A DNA stretch of 64,000 bases from Azolla caroliniana (GCA_043228905.1 JBHGNT010000016.1:4464001-4528000), one strand, 5' to 3'; positions 10,346-24,450 are shown, counted from the first letter of the stretch. Translations and numbers: made by a program. The notes: generated by a model not told the origin, from the letters alone.

Positions 10346-11628
10346 ACACATGTCAAATCCTTAGCCATTATATTAGTATTCTTATATGTATAGTTTTTAG
10401 AATATGAAATCTAATATCATAGGAATATTCTATATTACTCTACATTCTAGAATGACCTAGATTATTCTAGAGTGTTCTATACCACTAGAACCTTCTAGAA
10501 TACTCTAGAGATCTTCTAGATTACTCTACGTTCTAGGATAACCTAGAATATTCTAGAGTGTTCTCTATTACTTATAAATAGGGATCTACCACTCATCCCA
10601 CACCTAAATTGGTTCAACGCCATTTTGTAGCCAACTCTTTGTAATCCATTTTACTCTTCAATATAGTAATTCTCTTTCAATTATCTCTCTCTCTCTCTTG
10701 ACAGTATTAGAGCCAACGACCTATAACCTAATAGCCTAATAACCTATGCCTTTCTAAAATCACAAAACACATGCCCTTATCATAATTTAACCTTTATGCC
10801 CATACAAAAGAAATCATATATGTAGTGTCCAAAATCGTCAAATAACGAAAGACAATTTTGTGTTTGCCGTGCGCTGATCCAGACAACCCTTTGCAATAAT
10901 GGCACAATCTATGTCGTCGTCGCAACTCAACATGCGAAAGTTTACGATTGAGAAATTATCCAACACAAATTATCGAATATGGAAGGCAAGATTAAAATTA
11001 CTTTTTAAATATAATAAATTATGGGATATAATTTAAGGATCATCAACAAAACCTGAAAAAGGCGAAGAACTTGAAGAATATTAGGAAAAAGACGTGCGCA
11101 AGAATAGAAATTCTAATGCATGTAAGTGATGGCATCGGAGAAACATTGCGAAAAATGGAGATAGCTCAAAAAATGTGGAAGCATTTACAAACTATCCACG
11201 AACCAAAAAATGATGCCCAACAAGCGCATACACTTCAAACGCTTGTTAATTACAAAATGAATGACGAACAAACAGTTGGTGAATTTATTTTAATATGGCA
11301 AAAGATATTAGATGATGTGTTAACTTCGGGATTAGAAATCCATGATAAATTACAAAAGATTCTCCTTCTTGGTGCTCTTCCTCACTCGTGGTCCACTTTC
11401 AGAACCACCCAAAACTCAATAAATTGTTCAACTCTAATTCATGTTCTTGCAAATATTAGATAGGAAGAAACAATGCGTTCACAAAGGTCTTCAAATTGAA
11501 CTCCAAGTGTGGCAATGGCAGCCTACAAAAACAAAAGGTTCACCCAAAGAGGAGAAAACTCAAAGCCATCGATAAAGGAAAATCAAAACACTAAACAAGG
11601 AGGAATGTGGTTCAACAATACATATTGT

Positions 11629-14547
11629 TGTTAACTCTTCGGGCCGGACACTGGCCTAACACAGGGTGTCTACGGAAGACACTTCACCAAAGGGTGTTAC
11701 GGCAACCGGATTAGACTTCAACGCTTAATCCTACTGGATTAAGTTACTTATTATGATCGTCTTTCATAACACACGCGTAAGATATAACAATCGAGACAGA
11801 ACGGAAATTAACATAGAGAGATAACAACGCTTAAGCTTTCATTAATTAACCGCTAACTATTACATTGTATCCGGGCCTTTAAATAGGTTTTCGGTCTGTA
11901 TTACAAAACGGTGCCATCCGCACCTGTTCGGGATCGGTCCGGATCCGGAACGGCATACCGTTTCCGGTCCGTCCGTCCACACTCATAGCTTAATTACAAC
12001 CACATTCCTACTACTTAAATAACTCTCCGTTTCCCACTCTGGACTCCTTTGCCGGCCGGTAACACATGGCACGCCCGTGGGACAGTACCTTGTACGTCGA
12101 ATCCACAACCGACCCTTGCTATTCTTCGTCCAAAATGTCCAGAATGCTTTGTTCGAGAGGCTCCAATGGTTCATCTGGAAGTGGTTGTTGTTGTTGTTGT
12201 TGTTGTTGCTGCTCTGTTGCTGTCTGCTGCGGCGGATTCGTTGGTGGTTGCTGCGTCTGCTCCTCCGTTTGTGGCTCTGACACCGGCGTCTCCGTCGTTG
12301 CTCCCTGTGTCGTGGTGGTCTCTGGTTGATTGGTTCCCGGCTAGCCCTTAGCCGGCGACGGTTCCTCATCACTAAGGTTAATCGTTGTCGCTTCCCGTGC
12401 TTTTTCTTCCCGCACCCGGGACCGATCGTAGCTTTCAAACTGGATTTGAGCGTCCAGCCTATCATCGTCTAACTGAGCTACGAGCTGCCTGACCTGCGCC
12501 AGCTGTTCATCTGCCAGGACTTGGAAGTCGTTGGCCAGCTCGTCCCGTATGGCGGTGAAGTCCTCAGAAGTCAACGTATAACAGTCATCTCCTTCCTTCC
12601 GCCGGTTTGCCACATCCGCCCGTAGCAATTGGAGTTCCGCCGCGTTTTGTGCCCACTTTGTCCACCATTTTACGGAGCTTTCATCAATCAAGTGTTTTGT
12701 CTGATTCAGCCATGCCCGGAGGATGGACTGAATCCGGCTCGTTCCCAATTGCGATTTGGTTTCCGCCGCTTGCCGTTCCTCCTTCAGTTTGATGATTTTG
12801 ACATTGTCCTCCGCCTGCGCCTTGTAATGCGTCAATTGCCTTTGATATGTGCTTTGTAATTTCTGCAATACTGTTGACGCTCTCTCTTTGTCTTCCTGCT
12901 GCTGCCTCTGGAGCTCCATCCGGACCTTCTCCGCCTCTTCCAAGCGTCTTGTATTTTCCGCTCGTTCGTCGGCGATCGCCGTCGCGGCCTGATCAACTAC
13001 TTGTTGGAGCTCGGCCATCCGTTCTTTATGCTCCGTTTCCAGCCGTTTGTAGTCCCGGTGCAGGTGCTCAAAATCATCCGTCTTTTGCTTGAGCCGTGCG
13101 TTGATCTGACGACGGGCCCGGTCCTCGCGGTCCTTCTACTGGCGGAGCTCTTCTTTTAGCCGTTCAATCTCTGTTTCCGCCGTTTTCCGCAGCTTGTCCT
13201 TTTCCTGCAGCACTTTGTCTTTCTCCTCCTTTAGCCGGTCGTACGCTTGATGGCCTTTCCGGAGGCTCTCCTCTGCCCGACAGAGGTTCTCAGCAGTCTT
13301 CTTTAATTCGGCTTCGGCAGCCGTCTTCAATTCTCGTTCACGACTCCTTAGCGCTTCTTGTGCGGCAAGTTCATCTCTCAATTCCGCAAGCTCCTGGGCT
13401 TGCGCCGCATCTCTCGCCGGAACGGTTTCCGTTGCCGGGGTCTTATTGCTATGTACAGGTCGTTCCGTTTCGTTATTCTGTACACTTACCGGAGTCATTG
13501 GTGATTGGATCCGTATTTTGGCCATCTCTGTCGTGACCTGATCCAAGTCTTTTTCAAGGCACCGGATTTTGGACCGGGCCGTCTCTAGTTGTTCGGTTGT
13601 GACGAGCAACCGTTCGCTTTGCGCTCTTTCTTCCGCCTCAATATACCCCATTGCTCCGGCTATCTGTTCGCCTATCCACCGGAGCCACAGGCTACCTGTG
13701 CCTTGTTGTGCTTGCACGGAGGTTTGACAAATGGGCTCACTTGTAGAGGGGTGGTCCCGCCTAGTTGCGCCGAGTTGTAGTTCCGTTTCTGCCCGTGGAC
13801 CACCCTGCTGTCCTGGTTCCCCTTGCGCTTCTTCTTGGCTGACCGAGGGAGGCTGCCTTGACCTTTCCGGCTCTGGCGGGATGGGACTTGCCGGTGTTGC
13901 CGGTGGTGCCGGGGCTTCTGTTTCCGGTGCCATCTGCACCGGTTCCGGTTCCTTCCTTGGCGTGGGAGTCTCAGTATGGGGAGCCGGTGTTCCCTCCGTC
14001 TGAGGGTTCGAACGTTTCTCGGCTGCCTCAACGGTCCTTGTCGACGACCGTTGCTGGAGGTGCTCCGTAGGCTCCTCCTCTATTTCCTCCTCCTGAGCTC
14101 CGGCATTGAGTTTTGCCGCCAAGGAGTCCGCTTCTCTATTCACCGGTCGGCGGAGTGTGACCTTTACGGGCCGTGCCGGTGGTTCCTCCTGCGCCTCCGT
14201 TGGGCGCTTCCGGCTGCCGCTTCCTGCTGCCGCCTGTTCTGCATCTGCCGCCTTTCCCTTAGTGGCCTTAGAGGCCAACAGCTGTTGCCGTTTGGAAGCC
14301 GTCCTTGGGGTGCCGTCCCTTTCATTAATTAACCGCTAACTATTACATTGTATTCGGGCCTTTAAATAGGTTTCCGGTCTGTATTACAAAACGGTGTCAT
14401 CCGCACTTGTTCGGGATCGGTCCGGATCCGAAACGGCATACTGTTTCCGGTCTGTCCGTCCACACTCATAGCTTAATTACAACCACATTCCTAATACTTA
14501 ATTAACTCTCCGTTTCCCACTCTGGACTCCTTTGCCGGCCGGTAACA
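11629..14547 (-). mobile_element. Non-autonomous Ty3/gypsy deletion derivative (element G). Full 3' LTR 11629-12064, half 5' LTR 14319-14547, accessory ORF only.
   Basis: TG...CA ends; TSD ATTGT (11624-11628, 14548-14552) inside the copia zinc-knuckle codons. The 436-bp LTR is the reverse complement of the LTR at 44686-45121. Confidence 0.93.
12119..14318 (-). pseudogene. Accessory coiled-coil ORF of element G (one frame, two TAG interruptions at 13136 and 12341)
   Basis: ORFs 13136-14278 and 12341-13018 share a frame that ends EQSILDILDEE* at 12119. WAQNAAELQLLRADVANRRKEG is homologous to the ORFs of elements C and F. Confidence 0.8.
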
Positions 14548-16746
14548 ATTGTAAAATATGCAAACATACTAATCATGCAACAAAAAATTGCCGCACAAAG
14601 TCAAATTTCAAGAATTATCAACCTTGGAGGCGTGTACAAGCTCATCTTGTTGAAGAAGAGATGGATGATGATAAAACTGTAGGAGATGGATATCAAAATG
14701 GTGACAAGTATGATGATGTTCTTCAAGCATTCATTGCAGAATCACTTTCTGCCATGACTCCAAATCCAAGTAATGTAAATGACATGGTATCGTGATACTG
14801 GTGCGGCCAACCACTTAACTAATAGGAAAGATTGGTTGTGTAATTATAAGGAAATTGATCCTCCTATCATTGTAAGATTTGGAAATAATGGGATTAAACA
14901 AGCTATTGGCAAGGGTGATATTACTTTTGAAGTCACAACAACAAGTCATTTCACAATAAATGAAGTTCTCTATGTCCTAGGCATCACCAAACACTTGTTA
15001 TCCGTTAGTCAAGCAACCACAAATGGTACTATAATTGAGTTTCATTCTAACCATGCAATTATTAAACATAAAGCTACAAATGGAGACCTTATTAGAACAT
15101 GTTGTAAATGAGAAGGAGGCTTATATCCCATAAAATGCATTCCTACATCTCTTATTTTAGAAGCACATCATTCTACCCCAATTCAATCCTATATATCTCT
15201 AACTAATCTTCATTCTCCCTCTTCTCTTTCACATTTTCATCTAGGTCATATGCATTTCAATGCTCTAAAAACATTACAATGTAATAGTCTAGTCCATGGT
15301 TTGCCAAAAGAACCTTTCAAGCCCATCTCTTTGTGTGAAAGTTGTATCCTTGGGAAAATGCCCCAACAACCCTTGCCAAAGCACAGATCTAGAGCCTCTA
15401 CCCCTCTTGCATTAGTACATAGTGATCTATGTGGACCTTTTCCAACCCCTTCTCTTAGTGGAGCCAAATACTTCATTAGCTTTATTGATGACTTTAGTCG
15501 CTTTACAATCTTGCATTTTCTCAAGTATAAAAGTCAAGCTTATCAAGCATTTAAAGAATACAAGGCTCGAGTCGAAGTGCAAACATCAACAAAGATTAAA
15601 AGTCTTCAAACTGATGGTGGTGGTGAGTATATGTCTCATGAATTTCAAACATTGTATCAAAATGAAGGCACCACAACAAAATGGTGTATCTGAAAGGAAG
15701 AATAGAACACTTCTCAATATGGCTCGGAGTATGTTACTATTTACTCAATTATCGCCTCAATTTTGGGAGGAAGCGGTTGGCACCACTTGCTACATTCAAA
15801 ATCGAGGATTTCATAGATCTTTGGGGCTCCAAACCCCTTATCAATTATGCCATGGTCACAAACCTAACCTAAGTAACCTTCGTATTTTTGGTTGTGATTC
15901 GTATTCTTTTGTGCCAACTGTTCAATGAACCAAGCTAGATCCAAGAGCTACAAAAACACCGGGCCATTTGAAATAGGTAATATGTTGCATTCCCTTTTTG
16001 ATAATTATGTGAGATGTCAAGAATTACCTTTCTTGAACGATCTTTTAAGAACCTATCACACATGCATGCACGATTTTGAAAGACACCACTAAAAAATGTA
16101 ATTAATATTTTGAAGATTAAAATTTTAACTGACATTTTCTCAATTCAAATACAAATTTCTCCAATTCTTAAATAAGATGACAGGAATTGTAATATGCTTC
16201 ATTGTAGATAAGATTAAGTTCAAATCCACCTTAACAAATTTAGAAATGCAAATTTGTTACTATATTTGTCTCTAAAGCTTATAAATATTGTTATGTCAAG
16301 TTTGTAAATAGGATTTATGGATATGATTAGAAACATTTACGCAAACAAATATATCACGAGATACCATGCATTCAAAAAAACCACTATGAATATTATATGT
16401 CAATCATACATGAATAACGTGAATGCATTATCATATGAGCAACCATCTTGCCTTAATATTATTGTGTTTACTCAAAACTAGTTAACCAAGATTAATGATA
16501 ACATAAATCATAGAATAAACACTAAGTTCAATTATATTAATCGAGAAATAATTATAACCAACATTTGTCATACAATTGATAAGTTAAAATCATATGCTCA
16601 ATGGAAATTATACTTAACCATGTACTCTACAAGTCAACCTTTGTAACATATGATAGACACATTGAGTTCGAGACACCAATAGGATAGATTAAAGAAATTA
16701 TACTTCAAAACAATCTATCAGTTACAAATACAAAGAATTATACAAA

Positions 16747-19052
16747 TCACTCCATTAGGAGGTTTGGAAGAGGCTGCTCTCCAAGATTAGCTGTCAGTTG
16801 TGTCATATCCACTTGTTTCGTGTGCTCAATTGAAACTTGTGTTTGTTTAGAATTTGGTACATCTTCGAGGTTGACAAGGTCCCCTCCTTCGTCTATAGGT
16901 TCCATGGGTTCTCTAGAGGTCAACTGAAACATCTCAGTTTCATTGATATGCTTTGCCCCAACCTCTTGGTCTTGGATCCTCATTTTAATAAAATTAACTT
17001 GTGAGGGGTCCTTCTCCAAGGCGACACAGTTCCTGAATAGTTTCAGAGCACATGCAGTCGTTCTTGAATAAAAAATCGCACATGTGTAAGTAAGCAAACA
17101 AAGTCGAGAAAATTTATTTTATTTTAAGACAAATTGATCATACTTATAAGAATAACTGTTCTAGTGACTAAGTCGAGCACCCAATCATTAGGGTTGGAGA
17201 ACAACTCAATCAATCGATTTATTAATCTTTGGGGCTTTTGGTATGAGTTAAACTAGACACTTGTCGCTAGAAACGTGGTGTAACTTCTTCGTCACCGCCG
17301 GGCACATCATATAATTTACGACATTTTGCTCATTCACGTGCCTTCTTCTTAGAAATTGCGTCGTAGTACCCCACACATAAATGTTCCACAACACTCACCA
17401 TTCGATTGCCCGGGGTATGAGTTATATTCATCTTAAAACCTTGTTTGTAATGGAATGGAAATAAGTCAATTTGTATATAGTAAGTACAATTGAAACCATA
17501 TATAAATTAGAAACAACTTAAAGCTTACCAATGCATGTGTTTAGTTGCATGGTCTCAACTTTAATGCAGTAGTGACCGATAAAGCCTGACCCATACTATG
17601 AAATATAACAATTTGCCACAATGGAGCCAGGGTCAGATCTGCGAAGTCCTTCACCATCTTTTCTATCTGAGGATATTTATAAGGCACATCGTCGTATATG
17701 GACCCTGTTATTCGAAACCCGTATGGTATGTCTACGATGAGCAATGTATAATGCCTCTTGGGTAATATGTCAAGGATATTACCCAGATCACCATTATATA
17801 TACACTATAATAAAATTGGCGGAAAGGATCAGCCTTGTGTAAAAAACTCTTTACTGTGTCCGAGTCTTCGGGCACCTCTAGCTCCTTTCCTTTCATCATT
17901 CACTTTTGGTACTTTGCTCATTCCAAATGAGTGATAAATGCACTTGGAATGCCTTCATTACTATCACCCAATTTTTTGGAGTGAGGTGGTTTCTGCAATT
18001 ATAAGATTTATAAGAAAATGCACATTATCCTAATATCAACTACAGAAGATATAAACACACATACCCATTCTCTAAATACAATAAAATATTCTTCAAGAGC
18101 CTTGTATGATGATGTTTTTGGGCACGACTACTCCACTTCTTCTCATGTAGGCAAGGACAACATTTTCATCATCAACTCTTGTATCTTCATGTAAACCTTA
18201 TGGCTAAAAAACATTACATATAAAGGTTAGAATCAAGAGAAAATTAATGAAGCAATCCAATAAAAACCAATCATCACATAGATTACTCACTTTTGAAACT
18301 CTATGACCATTTCATCCAAGCTAAATTCCTTGGCAGCCACTCTTGATAATACAAATATTAATAATCTGTCATCTTTTATCCCTTGCAATGACCGCCAAGG
18401 AACAACTTCACGTCCTCGGCTAATTCCTCTATAGCCAAGTCACTTTAACGTGACTTAGACTTCATCTCCACTTGAGGGTCCAACTTAGCCTTCTTTGATC
18501 ATTGACCCTTTATCTCTTTTCGCTCCCACATGCTAAATATTCAATCTTGGAGGTCCCACACATCCCCTATCCTGAAAGCAAGTTGAAATCATGAGTCGTA
18601 CTTTCTCAGGCCTTCAAACTTTGTGCTTTTGTTAACTGCTATCCCCACTTCAAGCAAACATTATCATCACAATCCAGGATGCATCCTAGGACCAAATTTT
18701 TGCAAAGCATCAAGGTACTCGTGATGAAAGAACCTGATGCGCTCTATACATGACATCTTTTGTCTATAGTTATTATCATTATTGTGGTCCCAGGCTAGCA
18801 ACTTGGCTTCTTCATGTCTAAGACCAACATACACTTTACATTCTGCATATTTGAAGGAGGGTGTAAGAGGATATTCCTTAACAAGTTGACGTCGGGCTTC
18901 AGTAGAGTGGGATCCTCCAATCACGTAGTATGTATAATCATCTGCTGAACTGTACTTGAAGTCCAATACCGTTGGGAATTGATCTGGGTCTACCATTACT
19001 AAGAATGACACAACAGTAGCATGTGGATTGATCTTCATTTTGCTTTTCAAAT
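16747..19052 (-). pseudogene. ParB/Srx-like + beta-class N4-cytosine/N6-adenine DNA methyltransferase, 3' part, intron-containing
   Basis: YYVIGGSHSTEARRQL...KVYVGLRHEEAKLLAWDHNND (ParB-like); YNGDLGNILDILPKRHYTLLIVDIPYG (motif IV, DIPY 17721-17732); KMN...RMVSVVEHL; NSYQKPQRLINRLIELFSNPNDWVLDLVTRT (motifs X/I, decayed); TTACALKLFRNCVALEKDP. GT-AG introns 18204-18290, 17993-18064, ~17440-17528, plus a degenerate one at ~17064-17155. Many stops and a few frameshifts. Confidence 0.85.
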
Positions 19053-19773
19053 TGTTGTTCGCTGGAATGGTAACAATGAACGCAGAAATATAGAATATAG
19101 TATAAACGTAACGCATGTAAATGGTTCACACGAGAAGCGTGAACGGCTAAAAGACCCTGTGTATATAAAGGGCAAAAATCCTCTGATAGAGGTAGCGTGT
19201 AAATTTTGGTGCATACAGCGTATCTTAATAGAGTTTTATCTTCTCTGATATCTTGTGCAAATATGTGGTTAATCTATTGTGTGTCTGTGATTCTTGGTGG
19301 CATAGCGTAAGCACTGTAATCGTAAGAAGCGTAGGCGTGAGTGTGAGTGTTGTGACTAGTGCACTGTCTAGGGAGCTCGGTTGTAGCCGTCTCTCTTATA
19401 CGCTACTAGGATACAGAGAGTTATCCCGTTACGTACTACGGTACGACAGTACCATTCGTGGCAACGCAGCCACCTTGAGGTCTAGGTCGAAGGACTGATT
19501 GAAGACCGTGTTCCTAATCGGTAACACTTTTGGCACGCTTGGTGATTTGTGTCTTCTCATAGATGAACAACACGACAAGACTGACCAATCACAAGGTCCA
19601 TCACACGCCAGGCAGAGGAACGCGCACGGCAAAAACCTCACCTCAGTGACCTCAGTGATACCTGTCGGGACCACAAAGACGACTTCCCACTCACAAAATA
19701 CCCCGGTGACAGACAGAAAGTTCGCTCACCACACAAGCACCATGGTCCTTCCCTGCCCGTTGTAGCGTCCAAC

Positions 19774-22700
19774 ATGGCCTTCTCGTATCCCCGCTTCAAC
19801 AGCGAAACCGACGCCGCAACCCACATTCGCCTGTTCCTAAATGCCCTGAATGCAAATCACATGGTGCAGAGCCTTCCCGAAGAAGTTGTGCACCAGTCCA
19901 AAATGACAGAGTTTGGATTAACTCTGTATGGGAGAGTGGCGTTTTGGCATTCGCAGATGGATCTGCTAGCAATCAAGACCTTCAACCAGCTGCAATCGGC
20001 TTTTTTGCGTTTCTTTTATCGGAAGGTGCCACAACGCGAAATCCTCGGGAAGTTTTATACAATTAAACAGTTATCGGTTGAGACTGTAGCGGATTTCAGT
20101 TTACGCTTCCAAAATCTCCGACGGAAATTAAAATGGGGCCCGACGGAGGACGAGGCTCGAGAGACATTCCTAGCATCTCTACGACGACCGATACGGACGA
20201 CGCTCAACAACAGTAGCGTGAAAGGTGAAACGGCCGACATGGTCATAGAACGAGCGCTACAGCTCGAGCTAGACGAAGAAGAAGATAGGTTTTCCATGTC
20301 CTCATTACGGCAAGCGTTACCTCAAGACGAGGAACGACACTTCCACCAGGCAATCCAGTGCACGATTTGCTTGAATTTTGGGCATTCCGCAGTCGACTGC
20401 AACATGCGAATCCATTGCCCAATCTGTCACTCGAAAGCACACACGGTCGAGCAGTGTGAGTACAATATGTTGATTAGAGCCACGCCCATAGTACGAAGCG
20501 TGCAAACACAGTGCCCCCCTCGATGTAATGAGCAAAGGCGCCAAGAGGAATGACCCCGGTATATGGATCGGAACCCACGCGATGACCGGCACTACCGGAA
20601 TCGCCGGAATAACAACGATTCCGAGGAAGACGAGCAGGAGGATGAAGACTACCATGGCAACCACAAAAATAATAAAGGGGGCCAACGCTACGAGAATTAC
20701 CGTCCGACGAACAAACATGGCGGCTTCAACGGGACCAACAATGGTACGACGAAAGGTTGGACGAGGACCAACACCAGGAACCGCGCCGGGACCAACAACA
20801 ACAACCGCGTACGCTCCGAAGAACGAACCAGGACCGGGAGGAGCAAGTCACACCTAGGGATCAACACACACCACTAGTTGCCGAGAAAGGCGAATCTAGC
20901 GTCCATTGTTTTGTTTGGCAACAGCCTAGACATTATGCCACACAATGCCCATTACGCAAGGGCAAGGGGCCTGCCGTCAATACGATTACGGCGGAAGTGC
21001 AGCAAGTCACGACACGCCATCAAACAAAAAATGCTGATTGGGCCGCGCAAGATGAGATACGTCAGACGGCCCAAGCATGGGTTGAAAAAGCAAATGCGGC
21101 AAATACGGAACGCCTGCGGAAGGAGTCTGCAAACACGGTGGAGCCGTCGGAGGAAGATGTAATATCTCCGGATCCCATATGGCAAGCACTAGCAGGCTGT
21201 GAGATAACCCTAACCATGGAGAAGCTACTTCAACTAGTCCCACGGTTCCGCCAAGTCGTGGAGGATCGTATAACGGGCAGATCTAGGGTAAGCATCTCCG
21301 CAAATTTTACGGACATCAGCGCCGGACCAACAGTGGTTGATCACCACAATCCGGCAATTAAGTTGATACTACACGGTCAGGAAATCACATGATGCGTAAT
21401 CGACGGCGGCTCTGGCGTCTTGAAATGTAATTTGCGCGAAGACATGCGAACAATTGGGAATTTCCGAATGGGAAGCTTGTCCATTTTGGCTTCGCATGGC
21501 GGATACCTGCTCAGTACGACCATTGGGTTTAATACACAAGCTAGGCATTATCGTGGGAGGACATCGCTTCGATGTCTCGGCGGTAGTCCTCGCCCTCGAC
21601 GCCCCAGGAGCGTACCCTATGCTGCTGGGTAGACTGTGGCTTCGTTCAGCAAATATCAAGCAAAGCTAGCAACATAAGTGCATCAGCTTTTGACGTGGAC
21701 GCACCAAGGTTCGCGTACCAACAGAGGAAATGGCGGCACAACCCAATGGTTCTATCAACATAAGATCAATTTAGCGACCGATGCGAAACCGGTCCAGTAG
21801 CGTCGATACTGCATGAACCCAAACTACGCGGCTCGTGTAAAAGAAGAAATTGACAAACTCCTCAAGGCCGGATTCATTCGACCAGTCAAACAAGCTACAT
21901 GGTTAAGCCCGATAGTAGTCGTACCAAAGAAAAATGGCAAAATACGTGTATGCATGGACTACCGGAAATTGAACGCCGTAACCATTACGGACACATTCCC
22001 TTTACTGTTCACCGATAGTGTACTGGACGTTGTCGCCAGACATGACATGTACAACTTTTTAGATGGCTTCAGTTGGTACAATCAAGTACACATGCACCCC
22101 GACGACCAAGAGAAGACGACGTTTGTCACGGTATGGGGAGTCTATGTCGTAGTCGTCATGATGATCGGGCTAAAGACGGCGCCGGCTACATTTCAACGGA
22201 CAATCATGGAGATTTTTGGGGAATATATTCCGGCCTTCATGCAATTTTTTTTTGATGATTTTGCGGTATATGGGACAACAACCGACCATTTTACGCATCT
22301 ACAACTTTGCCTGGAGCGTTGCCGAACCGCGCGCTCAAGCCTGAATCTCGCCAAATGCGCCTTCGGCGTTACCAGCGGGGCTCTCCTCTGCCACATAGTT
22401 AGTAAGGAAGGGATAGCGGTCGATCCGAACAAAATCTTCGTGATTACTCACGCGAAAACACCGACAAATGCGAAAGCACTTAGCCGGTTTCTGGGACAAA
22501 TACGATGGCACAGTCGGATGATACGCTATTTGGCGGACTTCGCCACGCCATTACATGCCGCCGTTCATCAGACTCCTTTTAAATGGACAGCAACGGAAGA
22601 GAAGGCGTATGATGCGCTAAAGATAATGCTAACGAAGGCACCTATCGTACATCCACTAGTTTGGGTGAAGTCTTTCCACGTGTTCGTAGATGCCTTGGAC

Positions 22701-24450
22701 ATAGCAATAGGTAGTGCGCTAATGCAGCTCAAAGAGTCGAATTGGTACTGGCCAGTGTACTACGCTAGTTGGAAATTATCAACGGCTGAGTGTAACTATT
22801 CCACAATGGAACATGAGGCGTTGGGTATGATCTGCAACATCAATAAGTTCCGGCATTATCTGCTAGGGCGGAAATTCACGTTTCACGTGGATCATTCGGC
22901 ATTGCTATATTTGGTAGGAAAACAAGCGCTGACGGGGAAACTGGCTAGATGGATGCTGCTGCTTCAAGAATTCGACTTTGTAATTCAGCATTGACTGGGT
23001 ATGCAACACATGGTGGCAGATTTCTTGAGCAGACTTGATAATGGAGAAACAACACAAAAGGATGATGACGACTTTTCGGATGCGGACATTCTGTATGTAG
23101 CCACTCTAGCCGAACGAACAGAAAAGACTTTTCCGGATCGGTGGTTGATGGAAATGACCTACTTCCTGACCAAGGGTTACTGCCACCCCAATTACGGACG
23201 GACGAGAAAAAACGGCTGGCCGTACGGAGTCAAAATTTCTGTTTAGTAGAGGACATCCTATACCACAAAGGCAGTGACGACATCTGGAGGCGCGGAATAC
23301 GGCAGGATGAGAAGGCCGTGGTTCTAAGCGAAGCCCACTGTGGTACGGCGGGAAGACATTACGCGGGCGATGTTACGGCCCGGGAAATCTGGCAAGCGGG
23401 ACTTTGGTGGCGGACTACGCAAAAGGATGCGTATGAATATTGCAAACAATGCGATTTATGTCAATGACTGGGCCAACCCACGGAAGTTGCGAGAATGCCA
23501 CACCAACCAGTGTTACCACTGGATCCTTTCCAAAAGAGGGGGCTAGATTTTGTGCGACCCTTTTCCTCGGCGGCCACTCCAACAGGCAATAAGCATATCT
23601 TGGTGGCCACGGATTACTGTACCAAGTGGGTAGAAGCGAAACCACTACGCGAGAATACTGCGGTAGTCACGACAAAATTCCTTTATGAACACATATGGTG
23701 TCATTTCGACTGCCCTATCGAGCTCATTAGTGACCAAGGGAGTCACTTTTTGAATATGGTCATTAGCGAACTGACCCAACATTACGCTGTGGTTCACAAG
23801 AAAAGTACGCCGTATTACCCACAGGCAAATGGCTTGGCAAAATCCATGAACAAAACCCTACAGACTATCCTAAAAAAGATAGTCAATGAGAACAGAACGG
23901 ATTGGGATACCAAATGGCACAACGCGTTATGGGCATACCTCACCAGCTATAAGACCAACATATAGTCAACACCTTTTAGGCTAGCATTTGGGCTGGAGGC
24001 CGTGATGCTAGTCGAATTCCAGGTACCTAGTCTGTGGACTCAAGTACGAGCCCGACTACCAGAGGGCAAACCTGAGCAAATACGGCAACAACAACTACTG
24101 GAGCTAGGCGAAAGACGGTTACGCAGTATGGCCATATTGGAGCAGGAACAACGACGGTGCAAAGAATTCGTGGACCGACACCGGCATGCATGGGAAAAAG
24201 ATTTTACGGTGGGGAAAGCGGTATTAGTTTTCCAAACACGCATGGGGCATATGCCAGGAAAATTAAGATTCCGCTGGACATGCCCGTACTGGATTGTGGG
24301 AGCGGAATAGGGTACATTTCAACTTGGCACGTTGCCTGGGGATGTATTGCAACAAAAAGTGAATGGGTTTCGCCTTAAACTGCATCTATGACCTACGCCA
24401 CCTAACCCGTTCCCCGCCGGACATGACAAAGCTGGGAAATCCGCGGAGTA
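19774..24450 (+). pseudogene. gag-pol of element A (gag, CCHC knuckles, PR IDGGSG, RT, RNase H, IN), disrupted
   Basis: ORFs 19774-20553, 21813-22994 (WLSPIVVVPKKNGKIRVC, FFDD), 23495-23965 (ISDQGSHF, YPQANG) and 24002-24310 (KLRFRWT). Order RT-RH-IN; no chromodomain seen. Confidence 0.93.

Larger units (their letters stand above)
10351..15956 (+). mobile_element. Ty1/copia retrotransposon 1, 3'-truncated, degenerate. 5' LTR 10351-10703; gag, zinc knuckle, PR, GAG-pre-integrase, IN.
   Basis: LTR termini TGTCAA...TTGACA; degenerate iMet PBS gtattagagcc; IEKLSNTNYRIWK; LLLGALPHSWSTF; CKICKHTNHATKNC; WYRDTGAANHLT; LVHSDLCGP...FIDDFSR...TDGGGEY; breaks off after KLDPRATK. Confidence 0.9.

Noticed and set aside
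12067-12083. Element G as a plus-strand element with an ordinary PBS and an antisense ORF
   Set aside because: The same LTR in element E is oriented by its own PBS, TATA-like box and gag-pol, which makes G minus strand.
16747-19052. Bacterial or phage contamination as the source of the methyltransferase
   Set aside because: It has GT-AG introns and is interrupted by a plant-type LTR element with a TSD.
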